A DNA stretch of 64,000 nt from Candidatus Omnitrophica bacterium UBA6215 (GTDB lineage Bacteria > Omnitrophota > Gorgyraeia > Pluralincolimonadales > Pluralincolimonadaceae). The position numbers and the translations under genes were made by a program. This document shows, piece after piece, positions 29,061-39,886 of the stretch. How positions within the stretch are numbered: the stretch's first letter is position 1; each line of letters opens with the position of its first letter. The stretch is taken from the NCBI GenBank assembly GCA_002421665.1, contig DISH01000001.1, forward strand, positions 5,410 through 69,409. The letters are read 5' to 3'. The notes beneath the pieces were generated by a model, which was not told the origin of the DNA, ran no database searches, and saw only the letters and a list, made by a program, of their open reading frames with translations.

Positions 29061-30248
29061 ATGCGCTACGAACTGTTGATAGCTTCCCGGTATCTTGCCG
29101 CGAAGCGAAAAGAGAAATTCATATCCATCATCAGCCTCATATCGGTGTTGGGGGTCGCGGTAGGGGTATGCGCCCTTATCGTCGTTATCGGAGTGATGTC
29201 AGGCTTCGATAACGAATTGCGCGATAAGATAATCGGGGCTAACGCCCATCTTGTCGTGGAGCAGGAGGGCGGGATCGCCGATTACGACAAGGTGATCACG
29301 GAGATAAAAGCCTCAAGCCCCCACGTGCTTTCGGCATCCCCTTTTCTTGACGGGCAGGTTTTTGCCAGCGTAGGGGGCAGCATGCAGAATCTCGCGGTAA
29401 GGGGGATAGTGCCCAAAGACGAATCCGAGGTCACGAAGGTGGCCAAATACATAAAGTCCGGCTCCATCTACGGGGCGGCGGATGGGGGCATGATAATAGG
29501 CTCCGAGTTCGCCGGAAGATACGGGCTCAGGCTGGGTGATAAAGTATCCGTCGTCTCGCCGGTCGACGGTGCCGCGTCGGATTTCAAGGTTACCGGCATA
29601 TTCAATTCGGGTTATTACGAATATGATTCCGGGCTGGCGTTCATCGGTTTACCCGACGCGCAGGAACTCTTTGCCGCGGGCGATATGGCCGGAGGGATAA
29701 GCATTAAGATAGACGATGTATATAAGGCCCAGGAGATTCGCGCCGAGCTGCAGTCAAAGTTGAAGTTCCCGTATTATGTAAAGAGCTGGATAGACCTTAA
29801 CAAGAGCCTTTTCGCCGCGCTTAAGCTTGAGAAGCTGACGATGTTCTGGATACTTGCGCTGATCGTAGCTGTCGCGTGCCTTAACATAGCGAGCACGCTG
29901 ATAATGGTTGTCATGGAGAAGACAAAGGATATCGGAATATTGAAATCGATCGGCGCCACGAACCGGTCCGTGATGGCCATATTCACCCTGCAGGGTTTTA
30001 TGATAGGCCTTATAGGTACAGCGTTCGGCGTTGCAGGAGGCCTCGGCTTGGGCTACCTTCTGGAAAAGTACCAGTTCATTAAACTTCCCAGGGATACCTA
30101 TTACATAGACAGGTTCCCTGTTGATATCCAGGCCGGAGACGTGGCGGTGATCGTCGCGGCAGCTTTGGCGGTGGCCCTTATAGCATGTATTTATCCGGCA
30201 TGGCAGGCGTCGAAGCTTAATCCCGTAGACGCTTTGAGGTATGAATGA
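29061..30248 (+). CDS. lolE: Lipoprotein-releasing system permease LolC/E (FtsX-like)
   Basis: MacB/FtsX topology with a periplasmic domain between TM1 and TM2, adjacent to lolD. Confidence 0.8.
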   Translation: MRYELLIASRYLAAKRKEKFISIISLISVLGVAVGVCALIVVIGVMSGFDNELRDKIIGANAHLVVEQEGGIADYDKVITEIKASSPHVLSASPFLDGQVFASVGGSMQNLAVRGIVPKDESEVTKVAKYIKSGSIYGAADGGMIIGSEFAGRYGLRLGDKVSVVSPVDGAASDFKVTGIFNSGYYEYDSGLAFIGLPDAQELFAAGDMAGGISIKIDDVYKAQEIRAELQSKLKFPYYVKSWIDLNKSLFAALKLEKLTMFWILALIVAVACLNIASTLIMVVMEKTKDIGILKSIGATNRSVMAIFTLQGFMIGLIGTAFGVAGGLGLGYLLEKYQFIKLPRDTYYIDRFPVDIQAGDVAVIVAAALAVALIACIYPAWQASKLNPVDALRYE

Positions 30249-30909
30249 TATGATAGAAGCCGCGGGTTTGCGTAAAGTATACCTGAACGGGGCCAAGCAG
30301 CTCGAGGTCCTTAAGGGTATCGATCTAAAGGTGGAAAGGGCAGAGACCCTTGCTTTGCTTGGTCCTTCAGGAGCGGGGAAATCCACATTGCTTCACCTGT
30401 TGGGAGGGCTGGACAACCCCACGAGCGGCAGTGTTATGCTGGACGGGAAGGACATATTTACCCTCTCGGATGACGAACGCGCCCGCTTAAGGAACAGTAA
30501 GATAGGTTTTGTGTTCCAGTTCTACCACCTTTTGCCGGAGTTCGATGCGCTCGAGAACGTATTACTGCCTACTTTCATGAAGGGCAAAGTGTGCAGGGAG
30601 AAAGGGCTGGAACTCCTTAAGGCCGTGGGCCTGCAAGACAGGATGTACCACAGGCCGGGCCAGCTTTCCGGAGGCGAGCAGCAGAGGGTTGCCATAGCGC
30701 GCTCTCTGGTAAATGACCCGGAATTGCTGTTATGCGATGAACCGACAGGCAACCTTGATACGGATACCGGCAAGAGCATAATAGACCTGTTGTGGGAATT
30801 GAATAAAGAGCGTAAAATGACATTGATAATAGTTACCCATGATACCGGGATAGCCGGACAGGCCCGGAAGGTTATCAATATAAGAGACGGTAAACTGACT
30901 AATAATTAA
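30241..30909 (+). CDS. lolD: Lipoprotein-releasing system ATP-binding protein LolD
   Basis: Walker [10 protein letters not shown], signature LSGGEQQR, Walker B LLLCDEP. Confidence 0.85.
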   Translation: MNDMIEAAGLRKVYLNGAKQLEVLKGIDLKVERAETLALLGPSGAGKSTLLHLLGGLDNPTSGSVMLDGKDIFTLSDDERARLRNSKIGFVFQFYHLLPEFDALENVLLPTFMKGKVCREKGLELLKAVGLQDRMYHRPGQLSGGEQQRVAIARSLVNDPELLLCDEPTGNLDTDTGKSIIDLLWELNKERKMTLIIVTHDTGIAGQARKVINIRDGKLTNN

Positions 30910-30923
30910 GGAGGTTATTTTTA

Positions 30924-31796
30924 ATGGGCTTAAAGATCTATGTCGACGGTAAGTTCTACGATAAGGAAGAGGCGAAAGTCTCCGTTTTTGACCACGGTCT
31001 TCTCTACGGGGACGGGGTCTTCGAAGGTATCCGCGCATATGACGGGCTTATATTCAAGTGTAAAGAGCATATCGACAGGCTGTACCAGTCTGCCCACGCG
31101 ATAATGCTGGATATCCCTATGAAAAAGGAAGAGATGACGGATGCGGTCAAGAAGACGCTGCGCGAGAACGGGATGAAGGACGCTTACATAAGGCTTGTTG
31201 TCACGCGCGGTATCGGCGACCTCGGGCTCGACCCCAGGAAATGCACGAAACCAACGGTCTTTATCATAACCGATAAGATAAAATTATATCCTCAGGAGTT
31301 CTACGAAAAAGGATTAGAGATCGTGACTATCTCTACCCAGAGGAATATACATGAGTCCGTGAATCCGCAGATAAAGTCGCTTAATTACCTGAATAATATC
31401 CTCGCGAAAGTCGAGGCTATAAACGCCGGCGTCGAAGAAGCCGTTATGCTCAACTCCGAAGGCTATGTCTCGGAATGCACGGGAGATAACATCTTTATCG
31501 TTAAGGACGGCGTGCTCATGACCCCGCCCATACACAGCGGGGTCCTGCGAGGCGTTACGCGCGGGGCGGTCATTGATATTGCGCACCTTAAGGAGATACC
31601 CATCCATGAAGAGGTCCTGACCCGTTACGACCTTTTTAATGCAGATGAGATGTTCCTTACCGGGACGGCTGCCGAGATCATACCGGTCGTCAAGTTAGAC
31701 AGGCGCAAGATCGGCGACGGCAAACCGGGCAAGATGACCAACAAATTGATAACCGAATTCCATAAACTTACGAAAGTCGACGGCGTGAGGTTCTGA
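30924..31796 (+). CDS. ilvE: Branched-chain amino acid aminotransferase (class IV)
   Basis: DHGLLYGDGVFEGIRAY...; 290 aa, fold type IV. Confidence 0.85.
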   Translation: MGLKIYVDGKFYDKEEAKVSVFDHGLLYGDGVFEGIRAYDGLIFKCKEHIDRLYQSAHAIMLDIPMKKEEMTDAVKKTLRENGMKDAYIRLVVTRGIGDLGLDPRKCTKPTVFIITDKIKLYPQEFYEKGLEIVTISTQRNIHESVNPQIKSLNYLNNILAKVEAINAGVEEAVMLNSEGYVSECTGDNIFIVKDGVLMTPPIHSGVLRGVTRGAVIDIAHLKEIPIHEEVLTRYDLFNADEMFLTGTAAEIIPVVKLDRRKIGDGKPGKMTNKLITEFHKLTKVDGVRF

Positions 31797-32293
31797 TGCT
31801 CTGCCAGATCTGCGGGAAGAACGAGGCTACGGTCGAGTTCACGGAGATCGTCAATGACCAGGTAAAACAACTGCATCTCTGCGACTATTGCGCAAAGAAA
31901 AAGGGCGTGGAGATGGAGCAGCATTTTGGCGTCGCCGATTTCCTTGCCGGCATGAGCGGCGCCGGCCGTTCCGGACAGGGGCCTTCCCTGAAATGTGATA
32001 AATGCGGAATGACATTCGACGATTTCCAGAGGATCGGGAGGCTGGGATGCGGGAATTGCTATGCCTCTTTCAGGGAGAGCCTTATCCCTTTAATAAAAAG
32101 GATACACGGTTCGACCAGGCATGTCGGGAAGTCTCCGAAGGAAATTGACAAGGCTGACGGCAGTAAGAAGGTCCCGGAAATACAGGAACTCAGGAGGAAA
32201 CTCCAGCAGGCGGTTGACCGGGAGGAATTTGAGGAAGCCGCACGCCTGCGGGACAGGATAAGGGAACTCGAAAACAAGACGAAAGACAGGTAA
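31796..32293 (+). CDS. mcsA: McsA-like protein (zinc fingers + C-terminal UVR motif), activator of McsB
   Basis: CxxC pairs (CQICG...CDYC; CDKCG...CGNC) and a UVR motif (EEFEEAARLRDRIRELE). Immediately upstream of mcsB. Confidence 0.65.
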   Translation: MLCQICGKNEATVEFTEIVNDQVKQLHLCDYCAKKKGVEMEQHFGVADFLAGMSGAGRSGQGPSLKCDKCGMTFDDFQRIGRLGCGNCYASFRESLIPLIKRIHGSTRHVGKSPKEIDKADGSKKVPEIQELRRKLQQAVDREEFEEAARLRDRIRELENKTKDR

Positions 32294-33342
32294 TGACGAT
32301 CGGGGACCTCTGGGGACAGACAGGCGAATGGCTCAAGGGGACAGGCCCAAACTCGGATATAGTGATGTCTTCGAGGATAAGGCTGGCGAGAAACCTCGCA
32401 AAGTACCCGTTCCCCCACTGGGCAACGTCCGAGCAACTCGAGGCTGTTATCTCCGATTTTGAGCAGGCCTGCAAGAAAGCGGATTATTTCAAGGGCGCCC
32501 TGTTCGTCCGTATGGGCGAGCTCGATAATCTCGAGAAACAGATCCTTATCGAGAGGCATCTTATAAGCAGGGAACACACGGTAAAATCCGAACATAAGGC
32601 CGTGCTTATAAGCGAGCGCGAGATAATAAGCATAATGGTAAATGAGGAGGACCATCTGCGCATACAGGTCCTTCAGTCAGGGTTCAACCTGCACGATACC
32701 TGGAAACTCGCGGACAGGATAGACGAGGAGCTGGAGCAGAACCTTGAGTTTGCGACGGCCTCGGACTTGGGTTACCTGACATGCTGCCCGACGAACGCAG
32801 GGACAGGTTTGCGTGCTTCGTGCATGGTCCACCTGCCGGCGCTTGTCATGACAAAGCAGGTAGGCAGGATAATACAGGCCATAGGCAAACTCGGTATGAC
32901 AGCGCGCGGACTTTTTGGCGAAGGGACCGAAGCGTACGGTAATTTTTTCCAGATATCAAACCAGGTGACCTTGGGGCGTTCGGAAGAGGAAGTGGTCGAC
33001 AGCCTTGGGAAGATAATATTGCAGATAATAGAACAGGAGAACGCCGCAAGGAACTCTATCTTCGCGAACCAGAGGCTGCTTTTAGAGGACAGGATATCCC
33101 GCTCTCTGGCCGAGCTCAAAAGCGCCAGGCTCATAAGCAGCGAGGAAGCCCTTAACCTTTTGTCGGTCATAAGGCTGGGTTCCGACCTTGGCATGATAAA
33201 GGGCCTGGACCGCAATATTCTAAACGATCTTTTCATACAGATACAGCCGGCGCATCTGCAGATGAAACAAGGCAAGGCCTTGTCTGCCGAAGAGAGGGAT
33301 GCGGCCCGGGCGGAATTCATATCAAAAAAATTCAACATATAG
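32293..33342 (+). CDS. mcsB: Protein arginine kinase McsB (ATP:guanido phosphotransferase)
   Basis: Phosphagen-kinase active-site motif (CPTNAGTGLRAS). 349 aa. Confidence 0.85.
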   Translation: MTIGDLWGQTGEWLKGTGPNSDIVMSSRIRLARNLAKYPFPHWATSEQLEAVISDFEQACKKADYFKGALFVRMGELDNLEKQILIERHLISREHTVKSEHKAVLISEREIISIMVNEEDHLRIQVLQSGFNLHDTWKLADRIDEELEQNLEFATASDLGYLTCCPTNAGTGLRASCMVHLPALVMTKQVGRIIQAIGKLGMTARGLFGEGTEAYGNFFQISNQVTLGRSEEEVVDSLGKIILQIIEQENAARNSIFANQRLLLEDRISRSLAELKSARLISSEEALNLLSVIRLGSDLGMIKGLDRNILNDLFIQIQPAHLQMKQGKALSAEERDAARAEFISKKFNI

Positions 33343-33360
33343 CATCAAGGAGGTTACGGC

Positions 33361-35787
33361 ATGAACATGTTTTCAAGATTCACCGAAAGGGCGAGGAAGG
33401 TCATAATCCTCGCCAAGGAAGAGGCGAAGAGATTCAACCACGATTACATAGGGACGGAACATATACTCTTGGGACTCATCAAAGAAGGCGAAGGGGTGGC
33501 CGCCGCGGTATTGCAGAACCTGGGTTTGAGCCTTGAGGCGATACGCCTTGAGGTGGAGAAGATCGTCCAGCCCGGCCCGCCGACCGTTGTATCTGGAGAC
33601 ATACCTTTTACCCCGAAGGCAAAGAAGGTAATAGAGCTTGCCACCGATGAGGCGCGCAACCTCGGGCACAATTATATAGGTACCGAACATCTTCTGTTGG
33701 GACTTATACGCGAGGGTGAAGGAGTCGCGAGCCAGGTGCTCGCCAACCTCGGCCTTGATCTTAACAAGGTCCGGCAGGAAGTAATGTCCCTTCTCGGATC
33801 GGCGACACCCGGTTTCACGCAGCAGCAGGCGCAGGCAAAGACAAAAACTCCGTCACTCGATGCTTTCGGCCGCGACCTGACCTCGCTTGCCCGCGAGGGG
33901 AAGCTTGACCCCGTAATAGGCAGGAAAGACGAGATAGAGCGTGTCATACAGATACTATCCCGCAGGACGAAGAACAATCCCGTCCTCCTCGGCGAGGCCG
34001 GTGTAGGCAAGACCGCCATTGTAGAAGGCCTTGCGCAGAAGATAATAAAAGGCGACATCCCGGAGATATTGCGTGACAAGAGAGTAGTGATACTCGACCT
34101 CGCCCTCATGGTTGCCGGGACGAAATACAGGGGCCAGTTCGAGGAGCGCATCAAGGCCGTCATGGATGAGCTCAAGCGTTCGGAGAACATAATTATATTC
34201 ATAGACGAGTTGCACACGCTTGTCGGCGCCGGCGGGGCCGAGGGAGCGATAGATGCCTCTAACATACTCAAGCCCGCTTTATCCCGCGGCGAGATACAAT
34301 GCATAGGCGCCACCACTCTCGACGAGTACAGGAAACATATCGAGAAGGACGCGGCCCTCGAGCGCAGGTTCCAGACGATAATGGTAGAACCTCCAAGCGT
34401 AGAGGAGACGATAGAGATCCTGAAAGGATTACGCGACAAATACGAAGCCCATCATAAAGTCAAGTTCACGGACGAGTCCCTTATCGCTGCGGCAAAATTA
34501 TCCGACCGTTATATCACCGGAAGGTACCTGCCGGACAAGGCAATAGACTTGATAGACGAGGCCGGTTCCCGCGCGAGGCTCAATGTCATGACTACGCCTC
34601 CCGACATCAAAGAGGTCGAGAAAGAGATGGACCATGTCAGGAAGGAGAAGGAAGCGGCCGTAAAGGGACAGGATTTCGAGAAGGCGGCGAACCTGCGGGA
34701 CCAGGAGAGGGAACTCAAAGGACAACTTGAGAAGGTGCGTAAGGAATGGTCTAAGCAGAAGGCGGAAGCTTATCCGCACGTGACCGAAGAAGATATCGCG
34801 GAGATAGTGGCAAAATGGACGGGTATACCCATAGTGAGGCTTGAGGAGAAGGAAAGCGAAAAACTTCTTAAGCTTGAGGATCACCTGCATGAGCGTGTTG
34901 TAGGCCAGGATGAGGCGATAAGCGCCATAGCAAATGCGGTAAGACGTTCCAGGGCGGGACTAAAGGATCCCAAGCGTCCTACCGGGTCTTTTATATTCCT
35001 TGGTCCGACAGGTGTCGGCAAAACATTATTGGCCAAGGCGCTGGCCCAGCTTCTTTTCGGGGACGAGGATGCAATAATACAGATAGATATGTCCGAATAT
35101 ATGGAAAAGTTCAACGTCTCGAGGCTGGTCGGCGCGCCTCCCGGTTACGTCGGATATGAAGAAGGAGGGCAGCTTACAGAGAAGGTCCGCCGCCGGCCTT
35201 ATTCCGTAATACTGCTGGATGAGATCGAGAAGGCTCATCCGGACGTCTTCAACATATTGCTGCAGGTTTTAGAGGAGGGAAGACTTACGGATTCTTTCGG
35301 CAGGAGGGTAGATTTCAATAACGCCGTCCTCATAATGACATCGAATATAGGCGCCGATACATGGAAGAAGCAGGGGTCCCTGGGTTTTAAGTCCGATAAA
35401 GAGGAATCCACCTACCAAAGCATGAAAGGCAAGCTTCTTGATGAAGTAAAGAAGACTTTCAAGCCGGAGTTCATAAACAGGGTCGATGACATAATAGTGT
35501 TCAGACCGCTGACCAAACAGGACCTGCACAAGATAGTCGATATCGAAGTAAATGACGTAAAGGAACGCCTAAGGGAACAGCATGACATTTCGATAGAGCT
35601 GGGCAAAGAGGCTACCGAATTCCTGATAGAGAAAGGTTTCGATCCGGTATACGGCGCGCGTCCGATAAAGAGGACGATCCAGAGGTTCCTTGAGGATCCG
35701 CTTGCCGAAGAGATAATCTCCGGGAAGATAAAGAAGGGCGGCAAGGTAAAAGTAGGCGCTAAAGCAGACCATCTTTCATTCGAATAA
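33361..35787 (+). CDS. clpC: ATP-dependent Clp protease ATP-binding subunit ClpC
   Basis: Two Clp_N repeats, two AAA+ modules ([16 protein letters not shown]), and a UVR linker ([18 protein letters not shown]). Confidence 0.9.
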   Translation: MNMFSRFTERARKVIILAKEEAKRFNHDYIGTEHILLGLIKEGEGVAAAVLQNLGLSLEAIRLEVEKIVQPGPPTVVSGDIPFTPKAKKVIELATDEARNLGHNYIGTEHLLLGLIREGEGVASQVLANLGLDLNKVRQEVMSLLGSATPGFTQQQAQAKTKTPSLDAFGRDLTSLAREGKLDPVIGRKDEIERVIQILSRRTKNNPVLLGEAGVGKTAIVEGLAQKIIKGDIPEILRDKRVVILDLALMVAGTKYRGQFEERIKAVMDELKRSENIIIFIDELHTLVGAGGAEGAIDASNILKPALSRGEIQCIGATTLDEYRKHIEKDAALERRFQTIMVEPPSVEETIEILKGLRDKYEAHHKVKFTDESLIAAAKLSDRYITGRYLPDKAIDLIDEAGSRARLNVMTTPPDIKEVEKEMDHVRKEKEAAVKGQDFEKAANLRDQERELKGQLEKVRKEWSKQKAEAYPHVTEEDIAEIVAKWTGIPIVRLEEKESEKLLKLEDHLHERVVGQDEAISAIANAVRRSRAGLKDPKRPTGSFIFLGPTGVGKTLLAKALAQLLFGDEDAIIQIDMSEYMEKFNVSRLVGAPPGYVGYEEGGQLTEKVRRRPYSVILLDEIEKAHPDVFNILLQVLEEGRLTDSFGRRVDFNNAVLIMTSNIGADTWKKQGSLGFKSDKEESTYQSMKGKLLDEVKKTFKPEFINRVDDIIVFRPLTKQDLHKIVDIEVNDVKERLREQHDISIELGKEATEFLIEKGFDPVYGARPIKRTIQRFLEDPLAEEIISGKIKKGGKVKVGAKADHLSFE

Positions 35788-35805
35788 AAACCTAACGGAG
35801 ATAAT

Positions 35806-37605
35806 TTGAGCAGGCACAGGTCAAATCCCGTTTTAATGATAGCCGGGCTGGTCCTGTTGGCGGTACTTTTATTGTTGGATATGCAGGGGAGGGTCTTCCT
35901 TACGGGCTTCAAGGCCGGTGCCCTTGACCTCATAAGGGACAAAATAGGCCTTGAGGGGACCATAGGCGGGCTTGAAGGAGGCGTCTTCAGGGGGATAATA
36001 CTTAGAGACGTTACCCTGTATTTGCCGGAGACTGCGGGAGACAGGAAGGAAATTTTCTTTTCCGCCGTTTCAATCGAATTGGACTACCGGTTGTGGGATG
36101 TCGCCTTCGGGCATTATGACAGCCTGGACAGGATAACGTTCTCTTCGCCGAAGATATTCTTCCCCGGAAAAGACATGAAATGGCCCGTGCCGCGTATATT
36201 CGACCCGGCGTGGGGAGGAACCACTATATCCGTTGTCGACGGTTCTTTATATAACGTGCAGCAGGTACCCGTTATATCCGGGGTAACGGGGAATTTCAGG
36301 ATAGGCGCAGACGGGGTAGAGTCCAGGAGGATAAGTGCCAGTGTTCTGGGCCAGTCTTTTATCGGGAACGGTAAAGTGGGTTTTCCCCTGGAGAGTAAGG
36401 CCGTAAAGCTTGAAGGTTCTATCAAAGGTAACGGTTATTCACTGAACGCCAAGCTTGACGGGGTCATCGATAAAGTTTTTGTGCACGGCTCTTTTGACAT
36501 TTTTGATACTCTTAACTGCAATTTTGCCGGCAATGTGGATACTTCCTCCGAGGGCACGGTATCTTTCAACAACTTCAGGTTCGGCCCGCAATTCTTGCTC
36601 AACGGGTTGTTGCATACCGAGGAAAAAGGGTTTAGTTTTGACCTGTTCCCTGAGGACACGAAAGGCAACGCTACCGCTATGGGCGAGATCAGCAAGCTTG
36701 CCGTATCCGGGGACCTTTCGAGATTGCCGCTTTTTACGTTGGATATATGCGCCAACCATATAAAAGTTTTCGGATTCGATATCATGTCGAACTACGAGAT
36801 AAACGGCAAGCTCGATTACGGAAAGGATGGCGAGATTGAGTCTGTCAGCGGGGATTTTATTACGTCAGGTTCCCTGATAAATTACGATCCCGTCAGGGAG
36901 GTGAAGGGTGCTTACGAGTTCAAGGACGGCAGGTTGAAATTGACAGGGGTCAATTACGGTGAAGTACTGGTAGCAAACGGCTCGGTCTGTGTCGGGGATG
37001 AAAGAGATCTTGAATTACATATGAAATTCAGGGGAACGCAGTTAGGCGGGCTTACCGACCTTGCCACGGAAAAAGGCATGATCTCCGGGACGGTGTTTGG
37101 CGATTTGTATGTCAGGGGAAAGCTGGGCGGGGCCTTGAGCATAAACGGCCAGCTTGACCTGATAAACGGCAATATAAGCATTATACACTATAACTCGGCA
37201 AAGATCACAGTAAGGGGGGTCGGAACAAGACTTGAATTTATCGATTCGAAAGTTTATACTGATGATAGCACCCTTATGCTTGAGGGGTATGTAAACTTGT
37301 CCGATCTGTGTACGCCAAGGGTGTTTAATAACGTAGAGATCAAATCCGATCCCAGCACGGTAGTCTGGGCAGGCGCCAGCGTTACCCAGACGCCGACGGG
37401 CGGTGATGAATATATCACCGGGGCCAACCTGAACGAACAGTTCAGGGTGAATTTTAAGACTTATGAAGCGCAGAAGGTCGACCAGCAGAGGCCGAGGCAG
37501 AACGAGATGGAGTTGGAATATAAGCTCGGGAACCCGGCCAACCTGAAGGTCAGGATGAAAGAGGATGATGAATTCATCGGCGTGGAACATAAGGTGAGGT
37601 TCTGA
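35806..37605 (+). CDS. AsmA/TamB-like membrane-anchored beta-rich protein
   Basis: Single N-terminal TM (VLMIAGLVLLAVLLLL), then a 570-aa Gly/Asn/Ser-rich repetitive beta region. Ends 4 nt before mlaE. Confidence 0.4.
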   Translation: MSRHRSNPVLMIAGLVLLAVLLLLDMQGRVFLTGFKAGALDLIRDKIGLEGTIGGLEGGVFRGIILRDVTLYLPETAGDRKEIFFSAVSIELDYRLWDVAFGHYDSLDRITFSSPKIFFPGKDMKWPVPRIFDPAWGGTTISVVDGSLYNVQQVPVISGVTGNFRIGADGVESRRISASVLGQSFIGNGKVGFPLESKAVKLEGSIKGNGYSLNAKLDGVIDKVFVHGSFDIFDTLNCNFAGNVDTSSEGTVSFNNFRFGPQFLLNGLLHTEEKGFSFDLFPEDTKGNATAMGEISKLAVSGDLSRLPLFTLDICANHIKVFGFDIMSNYEINGKLDYGKDGEIESVSGDFITSGSLINYDPVREVKGAYEFKDGRLKLTGVNYGEVLVANGSVCVGDERDLELHMKFRGTQLGGLTDLATEKGMISGTVFGDLYVRGKLGGALSINGQLDLINGNISIIHYNSAKITVRGVGTRLEFIDSKVYTDDSTLMLEGYVNLSDLCTPRVFNNVEIKSDPSTVVWAGASVTQTPTGGDEYITGANLNEQFRVNFKTYEAQKVDQQRPRQNEMELEYKLGNPANLKVRMKEDDEFIGVEHKVRF

Positions 37606-37609
37606 ATCT

Positions 37610-38395
37610 ATGAACGGCTGGATATCCCAATTAGGAGAACGGTTCATCGGTTTCTTGCGTTATTCGGGGGGAGTTACCGTGCTCATGGTAAGGACGGTAT
37701 TCAGTTCTTTCGTGCCCCCGTTCAAGCGTAAGCCCGTATTGGAACAGATGGTCAAGATCGGTATCGACAGCCTGCCCATAGTCTTCCTGACCTGCCTCTT
37801 TACCGGTATGGTCCTGGCCTTGCAGAGCGCTTACCAGATGCAGAAGATGGAGGCGAAGCTTTATATAGCAAGCCTTGTAGCGCTCTCGCTGACAAGGGAA
37901 CTCGGCCCTGTGCTTACGGCCCTCGTAGTGGCGGGCAGGGTAGGGGCATCCATAGCCGCGGAACTGGGGACGATGAAAGTGACCGAACAGATAGACGCCC
38001 TCGAGACATTGGCGTCGAACCCGATAAAATATCTTGTAGTACCCAGGTTTATAGCGCTTTTCTTCATGTTGCCTCTCTTGACGATATACGGAGATATAGT
38101 AGGCATAGTAGGCGGGTATATGATAGGTGTCTGGAGACTGAATATACTCAGCAACCTTTATTGGGACATGACATGGAACCCGCTCAAGATCAAGGATATA
38201 GCGACGGGGCTCATTAAGTCCTTTGCGTTCGCGGTAATCATATGCATAATAGCGTGCTATGAAGGTATGAGGGTAGAGGGCGGCGCAGAAGGCGTCGGCT
38301 CGGCTACGACTAAGGCGGTCGTGATCTCGTTCATACTTATAATAGCCGCCGACTGCCTGTTCACGGCGTTGTTTTATTTCGGGTTTTCATTCTAA
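37610..38395 (+). CDS. mlaE: Phospholipid ABC transporter permease MlaE
   Basis: MlaE/Ttg2B signature (ELGPVLTALVVAGRVGASIAAELGTMKVTEQIDAL). Confidence 0.85.
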   Translation: MNGWISQLGERFIGFLRYSGGVTVLMVRTVFSSFVPPFKRKPVLEQMVKIGIDSLPIVFLTCLFTGMVLALQSAYQMQKMEAKLYIASLVALSLTRELGPVLTALVVAGRVGASIAAELGTMKVTEQIDALETLASNPIKYLVVPRFIALFFMLPLLTIYGDIVGIVGGYMIGVWRLNILSNLYWDMTWNPLKIKDIATGLIKSFAFAVIICIIACYEGMRVEGGAEGVGSATTKAVVISFILIIAADCLFTALFYFGFSF

Positions 38396-38397
38396 AC

Positions 38398-39147
38398 ATG
38401 ATAGAGCTCATAAACCTTTGCAAGGCTTTTGACGACCACGTCGTCCTGGATAATGTAAACCTTACCATCAGGGACGGCGAGACGATAGTTATAATCGGCC
38501 GCTCCGGTACGGGAAAGAGCGTAATGCTCAAGCATATTATCGGCCTGATGAAACCGGATTCGGGACAGGTCATCATAGACGGACAGGATGTCACCAGACT
38601 GGGCGGGAAGGAGCTGAACGACCTCAGGCTTAAGTTCGGCATGCTTTTCCAGGGTGCGGCCCTGTTCGATTCCCTGAACGTCCGGGATAACGTTGCCTTC
38701 AGCCTGATCGAGCACACTAAGATGGACGACGCTACCATAGATAAAAGGGTGGCGGAATGTCTGGAGCTCGTGGGGCTCAAGGGCATAGAGAACCTCAGGC
38801 CTTCGGAGCTTTCCGGGGGCATGAGAAAGCGCGTCGGGCTGGCCAGGGCGATATGCATGGATCCCAAGATAATACTTTATGACGAACCGACGACAGGCGT
38901 GGACCCGATAATGGCGGACGCGGTCAATGACCTCATAAAGGACTTGCAATCTAAACTTAGGACCACGGCCATCGCCGTCACGCATGACATGACCTCGGCT
39001 TACAAGATAGCCGACAGGATAGCGATGTTATATAAAGGCAAAATAGTCGAAATAGGGACACCGGAAGAGATAAAGAACACTTCAAACCCATTGGTAAAAC
39101 AATTCATAACCGGGGCCGCTACAGGTCCCATAACCGAGGACTCATAA
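38398..39147 (+). CDS. mlaF: Phospholipid ABC transporter ATP-binding protein MlaF
   Basis: Walker A GRSGTGKS, signature LSGGMRKR, Walker B ILYDEPT. Confidence 0.85.
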   Translation: MIELINLCKAFDDHVVLDNVNLTIRDGETIVIIGRSGTGKSVMLKHIIGLMKPDSGQVIIDGQDVTRLGGKELNDLRLKFGMLFQGAALFDSLNVRDNVAFSLIEHTKMDDATIDKRVAECLELVGLKGIENLRPSELSGGMRKRVGLARAICMDPKIILYDEPTTGVDPIMADAVNDLIKDLQSKLRTTAIAVTHDMTSAYKIADRIAMLYKGKIVEIGTPEEIKNTSNPLVKQFITGAATGPITEDS

Positions 39148-39154
39148 TTCAATA

Positions 39155-39886
39155 TTGCAGGAGGCCGGCATGAAAAGAAGGATGGACCTGGAATTTAAGG
39201 TAGGTATATTCGTGGCGATCGGCATCGCCATCCTTATGTCCATGGTATTTTCCCTCAAAGAATTGAAATATTCCCAGCAGAGGTATACCATAAGGCTGCG
39301 TTTCGATTTCGCCAACGGGATAGAGATCGCCGCCCCGGTCAGGCTTGCCGGTGTCCAGCTTGGGGAGGTCAAGGACATCCAGATAGCCTACGATGATAAG
39401 GCGAACAAGACGGTAGTCGATATCTACGCCTGGCTGGACAAGAAGGCGAAGGTCGAGAAGGATGCCGAGGCGTTCATAAATACCCTCGGTCTTATAGGGG
39501 AGAAGTATGTCGAGATACTTCCCGGGACACCCGGAAGCCCTGTCCTGAAGCCCGGGGACATGCTGGCCGGCCGCGAGTCTGTCCCGATGGAAAAACTTAC
39601 CGAAAAGGGGTACGAGATAGCCAACGGCTTGGGAGATACTATAAAGAATTTTAACAAGCTCGTCGGCGATCCCGAGACCCAGGTTGCTTTCAAATCGACA
39701 ATGCTGGACCTTCAAAAGTTCATGTCTTCCGCAAACGTGATAATGGATAAGATAAAATCAGGGGAAGGGACCGTTGGGAAGCTTTTCATGGAAGACGGAT
39801 TGTATAACGATCTCGATGCTTTTGTAAAGGACCTTAAAGCGCATCCCTGGAAACTTCTCCAGAAGCCGAGGGGAGAGAAGAAATGA
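39155..39886 (+). CDS. mlaD: MCE-domain periplasmic protein MlaD
   Basis: N-terminal TM plus an MCE domain (RYTIRLRFDFANGIEIAAPVRLAGVQLGEV). Confidence 0.8.
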   Translation: MQEAGMKRRMDLEFKVGIFVAIGIAILMSMVFSLKELKYSQQRYTIRLRFDFANGIEIAAPVRLAGVQLGEVKDIQIAYDDKANKTVVDIYAWLDKKAKVEKDAEAFINTLGLIGEKYVEILPGTPGSPVLKPGDMLAGRESVPMEKLTEKGYEIANGLGDTIKNFNKLVGDPETQVAFKSTMLDLQKFMSSANVIMDKIKSGEGTVGKLFMEDGLYNDLDAFVKDLKAHPWKLLQKPRGEKK

